From assembly GCF_001186125.1 (NCBI RefSeq), contig NW_014040515.1:120406-180208 (forward strand): a stretch of DNA of 59,803 nucleotides, written 5' to 3'. The translations under genes were made by a program, and so were the position numbers. The DNA is from Sphaeroforma arctica JP610 (lineage: Eukaryota). This document shows, piece after piece, positions 38,426 to 51,500 of this stretch. The notes beneath the pieces are model-generated. The model ran no database searches, was not told the origin of the DNA, and saw nothing but the letters and a program-made list of their open reading frames with translations. Position 1 is the first letter of the stretch. The number at the start of each line of letters is the position of its first letter.

Positions 38426-39334
38426 TTACGACAGACTGGTCATGGTGGCCCTCAGTACTGTCCATCGCTTCACCAGGCACACCTTCTCCGTCTCATACTG
38501 CAGACTCGACAGGATCGCATCCGCCATATGTACCGACTTTGGGAATGTATGCATCAGTGTAAGCTCCTTATCTATATTTATGTACTCCAGCACGCTCACA
38601 GCCGTCTGTTTGTTGGTCACCCGATAGAGACTAATGAACTCTCCACTTTTGCACCGGCCCTTCTGCCAGCGCTTAGCCAGCTGTATCTCGCCCGCGAACC
38701 AATGATCAAAGTTAGAGTACAACTGGTGGAAGTCGTATATGTGATCGTGCTCGGCCGAATCGAACACCTTCTGTCGCTTGTTATTAGTACCGTTAGTGAT
38801 ACGGTTACTATTGGCTTTCGAGTTACTACTCACCTGGGGTAAAGCACCCCCTAATGTCAGCAAGCCGCCTATAGAGTCAGCCTCCTGCTGTATATCACTC
38901 AACCGCTTCTTGCTATCACCGCCCACTTCGTTGTCACGCTCAAATAGCTTGAGCTTGACCTGTACTTCAAACGGAATCTGTACGTAATCACCTTCTCTGC
39001 GTAGATGCAGTGTTGGCAAGGCGCCGGGGTGTTTCCTAACCGCCCCCGTGGAGTCAATGTATTTGAACTCCTCTTCGAAATGCCGGCTGCACATGTACAG
39101 CGTCTTCTTGGCCCAGTGCTCCTCCTTGACCTGTTCACTGGTCTTAAGAAGCTTATTTCTGCGGTACTTGGGATTGAATGTGCGATAGCAACGTACCATC
39201 CACTCCTCACGTTGCACCTGTCGCTCTGGTCCGCGTGCATCACTAGTAACCTTGGGGAACATCCAGTAGGTGACCCCATCCCTCTCACGGGTGGCGCTCT
39301 CGCAGCTGGCCACCTGGCATACCTTCACACCCAT
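38426..39334 (-). CDS. THAP-domain (C2CH zinc finger) DNA-binding protein (302-aa ORF; 3' end may be spliced)
   Basis: N-terminal CQVASC...WMFPK...REEW...CSRHFEEE...PGALPTL is the full THAP signature including an AVPTIF-like box. It is followed by KRQK and DHIY. Candidate donors after 38834 (cag|gtgagt) and after ETEK (aag|gtgtgc). Confidence 0.85.
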   Translation of the reverse strand: MGVKVCQVASCESATRERDGVTYWMFPKVTSDARGPERQVQREEWMVRCYRTFNPKYRRNKLLKTSEQVKEEHWAKKTLYMCSRHFEEEFKYIDSTGAVRKHPGALPTLHLRREGDYVQIPFEVQVKLKLFERDNEVGGDSKKRLSDIQQEADSIGGLLTLGGALPQVSSNSKANSNRITNGTNNKRQKVFDSAEHDHIYDFHQLYSNFDHWFAGEIQLAKRWQKGRCKSGEFISLYRVTNKQTAVSVLEYINIDKELTLMHTFPKSVHMADAILSSLQYETEKVCLVKRWTVLRATMTSLS

Positions 39335-42300
39335 CGCCGTGGTATCGTTGTTTGGTTAGAGGCTTATGTAAGTACAAAACTACAGTAAGTGTACCCACTA
39401 GTTGTGTGAACTGTAGACCGAGTGTCTGTGACTGTCTACAATATTACCACCTTGGCAGGCCATTTTACCCCTCTGACCCTCCCTATGGTATTTTCGGAGT
39501 AAAATATATAAATATATTGTGATGACTACCCATATAGGCCAAAACCCACCCCGCTATTTATTTCTGAAAATTAATCTGTATATAGAAACTCAGTCTTGGA
39601 TCAAGAGTTCAGGCTGCAGGGAGTGTGACAGACTGTGAGGCGTGAGCAGTGTAGAGTGTGAAGTTGACAAGTTGTGGAGTGTGGGCCAGTGGCCACTGTG
39701 TAGTGGGCGGGGGCTGTGCGACAGCTCTGTGGTCCCTTTGTAAGTTTCAAAAAATAAGTTAAATGTAAACGTGTATTTTTTTGGTGTGCGTTCAAAGACA
39801 GTTTTATAACGTTCAATATCAACTTATCCGTTAAAAAATATAACTTGTTGAACTGCTTCAAGTCTTCCACAACCCTGACTATTTTAAATTTGAGAGAGGC
39901 TCCTGAGTCCTGGCTTCCGAAAGTTCCTCGTTCCTCACTTCCTCTCCCCAGTCTCTGGGGTTTTAGAGTTTAATCTATTTATACTCTTTCTTTTAATAAA
40001 AATATATAAAAAGGGGTCTTTTCGAGTTTATGGTGCACAGGACAGCACTGAGCACAGCCCACTGAGCCCAGACCCCAGGCCCCAGTACAAGCAGCAAGCG
40101 GCAAATGAACCTGGAACGGTGGAACCATGTCCTTCCCTGGGGCCCGGGGTATTTCCAATTTTACATACAGTCATGGACAAACCCTTTTTTTGAATGATTT
40201 TCTATAAATAAAAATGCTGATGAGAACAACAGTAAAATTCTACTAACTTTTTGGGGTGGACATTATTTGAAATCTCGATTTTGTTCAAATTGTCGGTTAA
40301 TAATCTGGGGAATTTGGATCACTAAATCAGTCATAGCTCTGAAACCAAAAGGTGAAATCCCACAAACAAAAAACTAAAACTAAAATTTGAAAGCTATGGG
40401 CCTATGGCTGACACAACAAGGCATTTCGATCGGCAATTCGGCACCCTTTAATTTTTTTAGTAAAAATACCTCTCGTATCTATATATTTATTTTTTTAACA
40501 TTTACTGGTACAGTCACATCTGTACTGTGCATTTACATGCATATTTCTCCTATTTTTTTAATCCCACTGTCCGGCGGGTGTCAGCCTGTCTTGACACTGT
40601 GCAGTGTGCACCTTTGTTTGTAAATATGCACAGTATGTACATAAATATTTTACTTTTTTTTTGCGTATTTTTTTCAGAATCAGTGGATGGGAGCGATAGT
40701 CGGTACTAAACTTTTACCATGCTTTGGGTGACGCTTTCAATGAGATGTGAATCGAGATGCCACTTCTTCCATCCTCTTGGCTTCTTATCTATCAGCAGGG
40801 TGTGGATGGTGCTGAGTGTCGCGGCATGTTTGCGTTTGCATGGAGTGATGCATTTCAAATCCAAGAGATTAAGCATCATTTGGATCGCATATATATGTAC
40901 TGTACTTAGTGTTATACAAATACATATACCTTTTTGTGGCGTTATACATTGAAAATACAGTTGCACAACAACACTTAATTCCTTAGTGCGAATTTGGTTT
41001 ACCTCTGCGTCTATCTGACCACTGCGAAATTGCCATTCGAGCACACTGCATTTAAGCCCTGCTCACGCAACAAATCCGCAAATGCTTTGGTAAAAACTTA
41101 TCTACAAATATGCATTCGCATCTATATTATAAAGTTACATGGGTTTCTGCACGATAATTATGTTTAAATGTCTCCTGCAGCGCCTCAGGTTAACTTGTAT
41201 GAGATATATGTGGCCTATTTAGCAGCGTGAATCAGTTCGCTTGTGGTCAATTGGTAACCTGCGTGGAAGGCTTCATCGTGCTGTGATTGAAGTCCTTCAT
41301 AGAGTAGCTTTCGATACTTTTCGAATACATAAGAGACACCCTGAATATTACGATCTAACTTGATCGACATCGGTTGCACAGCGAGCGTGCTCGTAGTTAG
41401 TTGTCTGCAGCGTTTATAAGCACATGATCGGGCCTTTAAGAGCTTTCACGGGATAGTGCTGGTGAAAGCTCGCCCTTCTCCGTGCAGAGAGCAAGTCTCT
41501 TGCTTGAAGCTCCATGGCAAGCCAACTTCGGAACTATGATTATAAATTGCATGTATACTATGCTTGATCGTGGGTTGTCTCGCTACAGTAACAGTAGGCC
41601 CCGAGTTAGATATTGCGCTCCTGGTACGGACACTCAGTGAACAATGCGAGTGGATCACACTGACTAGCAATATCTCGGCAGGCAGCCAAGTGGTCGGCAA
41701 TCACTCAAGTACTCACGACACGCCGCAGTTACCGTGTGTGTTATATGATAATAATTCGAAGCATGCAAGTGTCTGCACACGTTCAAAGTCCAGTCGTCCG
41801 CCGCAGCGCACCTTTCCAATCCGGCCAAGGTACTGCACTGATACGGACGCGACTAGCCAAACAACGACACTTACTCACTACACCGGGCATTGGGTAATGT
41901 ACAGCACCTGCCCGTCAAATACGGCGTCAACCGTTATAGCTGGTGTGTGTCGCGGTTCGTAGTTCTGAGTAGAAATTGCGCTGTGCGGAAGATGGACTAC
42001 GACTCTACGGGTCTAAAGTTAGTTGCCTTGGCCCCCCATAGGCCCAGGAGCGAAGCTGGCAACACCCCTTACGCATGCACGCTAAGTGGTGTACTTGTTT
42101 TATATGCCGTACATACGGATATGAGTACAAGCCGGTCATGCCCTGATGTTGTCAGGTATGCATGTATGGAGATGCGCACCTAGCCCAGGCTGGAAGATAG
42201 AAGGATCCGGAACTAACCGACCACGTGCGTACTGTGGAACCTCAATCGTTGTACATCCCTAGAAGTGTAGTCTCCATCTACCGCCATAGTATATGCGACA

Positions 42301-42562
42301 ACAATCTGAGCTCGCTACTGTCGATACTGAGAAAGACTCTGCCTATACACTTGATCAAAGTGAGATTCATTCTGCACACCCCTCAGAACTGACTCGCTCA
42401 GTCCAGCGTTGTGCACTTTGACCATAATATCCCGGTGCACACATGCCACCACCCCCCAAGTAGGTATATGTTGAACCCTAAACCCAGGTACTCGGCCCTG
42501 GCACCCCGGGATTATACTAGGCTGTCCTGGGGACTCAGTGCTGTGGACAGGCGAGGTGCGCT

Positions 42563-45500
42563 TCAATACCCGTCGTATCTCATTGAGCCGATTGTGTCCT
42601 CGAAAATGGACGCCGGGGTAGCCCAGTTCGTTCCGCCAATCAGAACCTGTTTTGTGACGAAGTTGTCGGTAATCGAGAATAAGTCACAAGGTAGGTATAA
42701 AGAAACGAGAAAACAGTTCCACCACCTTAGGCGCGTAACAGCTCAACGTTTTGGGGCTTGAGGCTTGTCTAGAGGACAACATGCAGCTACAACATCGTAC
42801 CAGCTCGTCATTCGTGAGGACGACACCTGGGTATTGCATTCGTGTGTCGCGCATACCTCCATGCATCACGCGTGCGACAAGGGCTAAGCAAGTGTACGAC
42901 AAAAGCTAAGCAAGTGTACGACAAGGGTTCAGCGAGTGTACGACAAAGGCTCAATAGGTGTACGATAAGAACTAAGCAATTGTACGACAAGGACTAAGCA
43001 AGTGTACGACAAAGGCTGAGCAGCTGTACGATAAGAGCTAAGCAAGTGTACGACAAGGATTCAGCAGGTGTACGGCAAGGAATAAGCGAGCGTGGCATCA
43101 AGCATACGCCTCCACACGCACATCGAGCGCGCTTCCAATGAACACCATTGAGATATTCTGCCTATGTACAAAAATAAAAATATATATCTCGCGTGATATG
43201 TAAGCTGCGACCTTCTTGTGATATTTACCTTGAAGCCTTCAAACTTATCCACAATGTCTCGGATGTATCGCATCTCAGACGCGGATATGCCCCCAATGAC
43301 GAAGAGGATGATGTACTTGTGGTCTGTTGGACGGGCTGATGCCTGGTACATTTTCCTGTACACACAAGGGGTTATAGAATCGTGCACTTAATTTGTGGGT
43401 GTTGGGCTAGATTGTAATATCCTGTATTGATTGAACTTGAGTAGCACCTGAGCCGAGTGCACTCAATGGAGCAATACGCCATTGTCCGCACTGATTGGCT
43501 GTTTGAAGGGTTGGCTCTTATTGGTAGGGACTGATTGGCTGGTTTGGGGGTTGGTTCTTATTGGTAGGGACTGCTTAATGGTTAGCATCCGTGTCAGTCA
43601 GTCAGTGCGGTGGACTGCTCTACTCACAGCTACCGCAACTTAACCTTGCAGAGCAATAGCTGCCTGTGATACTTCTACGCTGATAACCGTAGACTCGATC
43701 GACCGCTACACTTGTTTCCCACTACAGGCGGGTTAGCGAATGTGATACTCATGCCCCAATTACACACTACGCGGATAGCTTGCCTAAGTGAGGACATGAT
43801 ACCCTATTAAATCAATGTTAGACCAACAGTACACCACCCGTGGTATGCAAGGGCTACCGACATAATGTCTGCTGCAATATCCAACACAGTACGTGCGACT
43901 CCATCGGCCAATTCAATACCTGTGCAATAAGCCACAGACCAAAGACACTTGCAATCAGAGCTGACACTCCCAGACAACGAGTACACTACCCGTCTACTTA
44001 CACAAAGCCGGTGAGCAGTTTCTTTCGAAAGCCTGCCTGCTGATGCAGTTGCAAATCTGGGATGTCCACCTGATCCTCGAACATGGCCTCGAACAGATGC
44101 GCCAGCAGCGGCCGATAGGGCAGCTGCGTGTATCGGCTGACATCGAGCGAGAACACGTGCCTGTGTGTGTAAGGACGAGTATCCATTAAACGATTGTGAG
44201 AGACCTGTCATGTGGCAAGCCTATGGACCGGTCTCTACGGCTGATGTATTAGTATTCAGTACAGTATGGCGTACTGTCGCCACTGTGGTCTTATACGGCT
44301 CGGCTCAAAGCACAAGAGAAGTGTTAGAATAGAATGTAGTACATACACTATAGCAATCTGTCGCGGCTCGTACCGGCATGTGCCTCCAGCTGTGCTTGCA
44401 CAATAACATTCAAAGTCAAAGTATCGCTCGGTGACTCAGACTTACTGTAGCATTGAAAGATTCGCTCGCCCGTTGGCAATGCCCCAGACGCGCTTTAGAC
44501 ACACAGAGAGCCACTCCTTTGCCATTGCCTCGGTGATCTGTCCGTGGTACGCTGCGCCTGATGCTTTGGCTGAAGCGGATGAGACCATGGAACGGAATGG
44601 AGAGATGCACGGTTTAAAATTCATGGAAGCGGTTAAATAACGTATTGTCGCAAACAAAAAAAAGAAGAGTGAGAACGTTCGGATACTGATATCTGGCTGA
44701 AATGTTGGGTTGGAGAAGCGAGCCTGGTAAATACCAGAGGGTGGCACGAGTGTGGGGAGACAAAGAACGTCTGCGAACCTCGCGCGGGCCTTATTTGCGA
44801 TTCATTTGAATAAGCGAGAGTACACCGGAATATTTCAGATCCAATTATGCCATGTAATAGAATGTATGTATGTGCCTAGGTACATACACATAGAACAGTT
44901 CGAATTATTCATGTTATAGTATGTATGTATATACCTAGGTATATATATATATATATAAAGAGATATGTGCAGGTATATATACACATAGAATGGGCTGCCT
45001 TACAGTGTGTATTTGGTTTTATGCACTGAGAGTACGAAAGGTATATCAGCGCTACCTACCACGCTCGGCGATCTTCTGCGTCAGCCACACACTTGTCGCA
45101 CAGCCCCGCGCGTTGCGGCTATCAGGTGCAGTAACATGACTCATCACCACGGGCAAGAGTGTTGCGGCAAATAGTTTCTCCTCAGTTGTGGATGTGATGC
45201 ACTCTGGCCCAAGTACCGAGGCACCCAGGATACAGCACAGCAGCACCTCCTGGAGGGAAAGGGGCGGTAGTGTGTGTATCAGTCTATTGTCGAGTGAGTG
45301 GGTTGGTACAGTACGTGGGTGGGTGTGTATGCGACTGGGTGGCATGTCAAGGGTGTTCGTATACCTGTGAGTGTGTCTGAGTAGAACATACATTGTATTA
45401 GTATATGCGCTGACACGGCAATAGCCCATGCGTTGATGTTGCCGTCAGTGCAATTGCGTGCAGGTGTATATAAGAGGCGGTGAAATTGAATGTGAACGTG

Positions 45501-48500
45501 TGCTCAAGTCGTTAAGATGGAGAGGGAGAGTGTCGGAGCTCATACCATTTGCGAGCCAATTCACATCCATCGGGTTGCAATTGCGGTGTGGTCACAGGGA
45601 TTGGCCCCAACATACGATGCTACTTAAAACTAGTTCACATGTGCCTTATGGTCACTAGGGAGTGCACACGTGTGATGGCATGTACAGGCTATAACATATA
45701 TGAACTAACTAGCTCGTAGACGTTATCTTGTACGCGTGCTGTGTTCACGGGAGATGCACCGACAACCTCTCTACATGCAGTGTTACCGACCACCACTACA
45801 ACCCGTGCAACAGTACACACCTTAGATACTCAACATTGCAAACAAACGCCAACGCACCTCAGCAATACGGCTCTGTAGGCTACACTAGCCTACTAGTATG
45901 TTCACCTTGGTCAGACACCTAGCCTCCGTCGTGTGCGAAGAGAGGGGCACGCATCGCACATGTAGAACAACACCACTGCGCAATCTACGTCTAACCGATC
46001 ACTGTGGCTGTATACGCCCAGATGCTTATCACCACGCTTTGTTAGTTCACTGTCACCGCCTCAGCCATTTGTGCGAACAGGAACGGGCTATAGACAGTCT
46101 GCATACCCATACCACACATGCAAGATACTACGTGCGTGCATGTCCATGCATCATAACCAGAACGAATCCATAAACCCATCTATACATAATGATTTGCTGT
46201 CCTCTCTTGAGATATATGTGCGCAGGGGCGAGTGCCTATTCCCAGGCTGCATGCCCATACCACATACGCAACGCACTGTGTGCCTGCGTGTATAGCAACA
46301 AATGGAGGCCTTACAACCACTCACCTCCACACTGAGCCTATTTGCAGCCACCACCTGAGTCATATGCGCGTACAACGAATGACTATCACCCGGCTGCAAG
46401 CCAGAGAGAAGCACCTCCTTAGCAACCGCTACGAACGCCTCTGAACTACCTACAGCGTTTTGCTGAAATATATGTGGTGGATTGATACCCGTGTCTGTTG
46501 CCTTGGCAAACCCCGTTTTGGGTGCTCCGGATTTGGGCGCGGTGAGGCTTTCGACCACCGCGAGAGTGAGTGAGATCAACCCGTAGTGCTGTGGCAAGAA
46601 ATGTGAACAAAAACCATTGACGAAAATGTAAAGAAATGTGAACAAAAACTATTGACGAAAATGTAAAGAAATGTGAACAATAACCATTGACGAAAATGTA
46701 GGGACATCTTTAACGGATAAGGCGCCAAATGACTGCGAGATATGACGTCGGGCGGAGAATCCATCTCACCTTCGCTATGGCTGTCATGCCGCCCTGTTGG
46801 AATGACTTCAGAAGGGACTGCAGGTGTGTGTGTGTCACCTTACTCGGCGCCACTCCTCGTTTGTGGGGCAATTTTGCTGCGGCTATAGTCTGTATCAGGG
46901 TCTGTTAGGAGGCGCAGTACTGTGTCAGATAACTTGACAAGGTGACGGCACTTCTAGGTCTGCCCAATCCTCGGTCACTGCATTGTGAAGTACTATACTG
47001 CACTCCACCGTGAAAGACTTGCTAGGTACCTAGAGTTGAAATGAAAGGCAATGCATCTACGGCTATAGTCTGTATCAGGGAATGTTAGGAGGTGCAGCAC
47101 TATGTCAGATAACTTGATAAGGTGACAGCACATCTAGGTTTGCCCAATCCTCGGTCACTACATTGTGAAGTACTATACTGCACTCCTGAGTAAAGACTTC
47201 CCGTGTACCAAAGAGTGAGATTCAGAGGGAATTTATCGGCGGCTATAGCCGGTATCAAGGTCTATTAGTAGGTATGCTTGTGTCAGATAATGCGATAGTA
47301 CTTCAGGTCAGTCCGATACCTGTCACCACACGCTAAGCTCGATAATGCAGTCAAAATCGATAGAGTCATTCCATACTACGCGCTCAAATAAGAGGCAATT
47401 CTTATGTGGCTATATCCTGTATCAGGGTCTATTAGTAGCTACAACACGATGTGAGTCAATCTAATAACATTTTCGGATCTGCCCTTTACTCCAACATGAT
47501 ACTTTTATATGTAATACTACACTCCGAACAACACCGTACATCTCTACAAACAGAGTCGGAACCAACGGTAGCTTCGTTGAGGCAAACAACTATATCAACG
47601 TATGATAACAGGTACATCAATGCGTCAGGACCAGTGCATATGTATTAAACATATACAACTGCGATTCCATGCAGCGATGTGTTCACTCACTGAGATGTCC
47701 AAATAATTTCAAACAGGCTACCACGCTCATGTATATACATTGCATTTCTTCTTCGCAGACACATATATTTCGCAGACTGAGTGAATATATTCTGCACACT
47801 GAGTACATACATTCCGTAGACTGGCAAGCGCCTGTCGACTGCGCAAGTACACCAAATCACTCAGCGCATCGCGCACCACGCTGTCGCTGTTGTGGGCAAT
47901 GCTGCCTGTGATGGCACTCTCACTCGGTCGTAGATGCGCTTCTGAGTACATCACAACCAATGAATACGATAAATGTTCACTCGCATGAGATCACTCGTTC
48001 TTGTCCTATCCTGCTTGGTGTTAGTCAGACGGTGAGCCGCGAGCCTGTGCTATGACGCCCGACATACTACTCGTATTTAATCGCATCGATACTAAAGAGT
48101 GACGTGATGGGGACCACAAGCGTTTGGGTGAAAGACGGGCATACTGATGCGCGCGGGGATAGACTCCAACCATCACATGAACCAAGAGATCAGCACATCC
48201 AATCACATCACAGCCAAGACGAGGGATATGTGGCTCAGACACCATGGCCAACGGCACGCGTGTGATAGTCTGGTCCAAGAAACCGGATTGGATTCCGCAC
48301 GAAAGCCGAAACTCGGAACGACACGGCGCCAAAAGTGGACGTGCGCAAAACGTGACAACTTGCGCTATTACTCGTCAGATAGAAATATATCAGAGAATTA
48401 AGATTACCGACACCACGAGACTAAGACTCCCGACACTACGAGTATGTAGGTTGTACTGTACTAGTTGTATCTCCGATTATCCAGCTCAAACGGTATGCAA

Positions 48501-51500
48501 TTACTCTCCCGTTGGATCGGAGTGATGCAAAGCAGACAGTTCCCACTGATTATGGCTATGGCATGTCATAGTCGCACTTACCTTTGTCGTCATCATTGTC
48601 TGGTGTGGGTGATAGAGAGGTCTTCTCCACACCCAATGCGGGAGAGATGTCCACAGCCACATCCAGAGACGAAGTACAGTCTTTACCTGTGATATTCTGT
48701 TGGATGGTAATTTGTTTCTCGTTAGAACGGTTTAAAAACCAATCGATTTTGCGTCAAAGTTAAACGTTTGGGCTACAATAGTACTTTCGTGGTTGAATTT
48801 CAACTGGGTGTATTTAATTCTTGAAAGCGAGCGGTTTGTCCTTTTTACGTTAAAACGTATGCAATTTGCTCATTTCTGCGTTTACGTTCAACGCTTACTA
48901 CACCTGATGAGTTGCGTACCGTGTTTATACGTTTGTACACTTGCACGTCCTATGTACCGAACGTTTTCCGGTTGTCTACGAATACGTATGTGCCGTTGCA
49001 TCGGGTTCGAATGCCCTGACATGTGACGACATCAGATCACAAGCAGTCATCACACTTCTAACTACAGCCGCAGGCTACAGCTGCCTCATGGTTGTAAGCT
49101 ACATGCTGATGGTCTATTGATAGTCGCCCAGAGAATCAACTGGATCTGCTCACGTCATGGTCTATTAATAGCCGCCCAGAGATTCAACTGGATCTGATCA
49201 CGTCATGGTCTTTTAATAGCCGCCCAGAGATTCAACTGGATCTGATCACGTCATGGTCTATTAATAGCCGAGCCCAGTTGTAGCAATGCGCCTATCAGTC
49301 AATGCGAGAAAGTATATATATATGTAGTCCACTCAACCTACGCCTTAAGCCAAAAGCATAGCCTATGTCTCACCTGAAGTACAGTGTGTGTGTGTGTGCT
49401 GCCGAGGTATATGCTATGCCATCGCAATGACAAAGGGAGGTACGACCTGGAAGTGATTGACACATACAGAACACGCCAGCAGCGAACTAATGCATACACA
49501 ACACCAACACATAGGCACACACACACAGGTCTTACAGTGACAACAGTCATGCTACACTGCCACATACTGATGCAACTTAGAGGCTATCTGCATCGAACTA
49601 GTGTTCAGCAGGCTGTGCTCATTCCCAACTTGTGTCTGTTATATATCAGCAGGAACGGGCGAGTGAAGGAGAGGTCGCCGCACATATAATCCACACTACA
49701 TTTCAGAACACCTCCAATCGCATAACCAACACAGACCATCCAAGACACATGACACATTGAAAGCCAGGCCACCTGGTCACATGTACACAGCCATCACACA
49801 CCGAAAGANNNNNNNNNNNNNNNNNNNNACCATCCAAGACACACATGACACGCGGAAAGACAGACCATCTGGACACATATAAGCACAGCCATCACACACC
49901 GAAAGAGTCTTCAGCAACAGATCGGCGATAGAGTCCGCAGCCAAGATGGGCCCAGCAATGTCGAGTGTGCGATCTACCAGCACCAGCGAAGCCTTGGAAT
50001 AGTAACCGCCTGCGCGCACGTGCCCACCACTGGCCTCGCTCTCGTGCTCGGCTGCAGGGGAATGCATTGCTGTGCAGCACGCAGAACGCAGCGGATATGG
50101 GGTGTGTGAGAATGATAACAGTCTGTAGCTGCCACCAAATGTGAGCTGTTGATAATGTGGGCGGTTGGCGGAAAGTAGGTCGGTGTGATTGTATAATCAT
50201 GTGAATAGTCGGTCTGTGTGATTGTATAATCATGGTCTGTGTGGTTGTGTAAGCATGTGAGCACGTGAGACTCTGTGAGGGGTTGATCACAGAAAATACA
50301 CACTCCACCGGAAGACAGTGCATCCTCCAATGTGTTACTACGAATAGGGCTGCAGATGCGAAGCACAGTCACTAAAAGAATCCGAATACAACAAAACAAG
50401 CTCGCTTGTAGCAGATCGGCACTGTCACATCTAAAAATCTGAAATTCGAAAGCGCAAATCAGGATTATCCAATTAATTCATCAGCGGATGAACGGCTTGT
50501 GCTACTCCGTACTATGAACACCATACCACCGACGCCCAACTTCTGAGCCTTGACACATTCTTTGGCTACCAACCGGGCGACATTGCCCACAGAGTACACA
50601 TCCGCTTTCACACGAAGCGACTCGGTCGCCTCTACCTGCGAGTTAATAGAAAACATACGAGCATGCGCAGAATAAATTGAATATAAACTGTGTACGCGCT
50701 CATGATGCGTTTACACAGCCCTAAGTGACGCGTACTGTGAGCACTGTTTTTCATCTGCTTCTCATGTGTCCAAAGCATGGTGATAGATGTACATGTAGGC
50801 CCATTTTTTGGCCACGAATATTCTTATTATTTGCTTATGTCCAAGGCATGGTGATACATGTACATGTAGGCCCATTCTTTTTGGCCACGAACCGGTAGGC
50901 ACAATGTCCACTTCTGATTCAACACAGCCAAAATTGTCGCCTCAAACTGCGAGGATGCGATTGTAGGACTTATACTTCTAAATCGGTCACTTCAGTTCAT
51001 AATATGTCTATGTGCAAACATGGATACACAGGCGCATACACGAATCTATTACTAAGCTGCAAATGACGATCATAGCACCAAGTATACACCCTCATACTTG
51101 TAAATCGGGTCACTTCAGTCCCTAATATGTCTATGCACAAACATGGATATGCACAGGCGCGTACTCGAATCTACTACTAAGCTGCAAATGACGATCATAG
51201 CACCAAGTGTACACCCTCATACTTGTAAATCGGGTCACTTTAGTCCCTAATATGTCTATGTACAAACATGGATACACATAGGCGCTTACACGAATCTATT
51301 ACTAAGCTGCAAATGACGATCATGGCACCAAGAGTACATCCTCATACTTGCAAATCGGGTCAATTTTGTCTATGCACAAACATGGATATACACAGGCGCG
51401 TACTCGAATCTATTACTAAGCTGCAAATGACGATCATAGCACCAAGTGTACACCCTCATACTTGTAAATCGGGTCACTTCAGTCCCTGATATGTCTATGC

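Noticed and set aside
2826..38627. Many ORFs rich in [12 protein letters not shown], and X-filled ORFs crossing gaps
   Set aside because: These are translations of (TA)n/(TG)n microsatellites or N runs, not genes.
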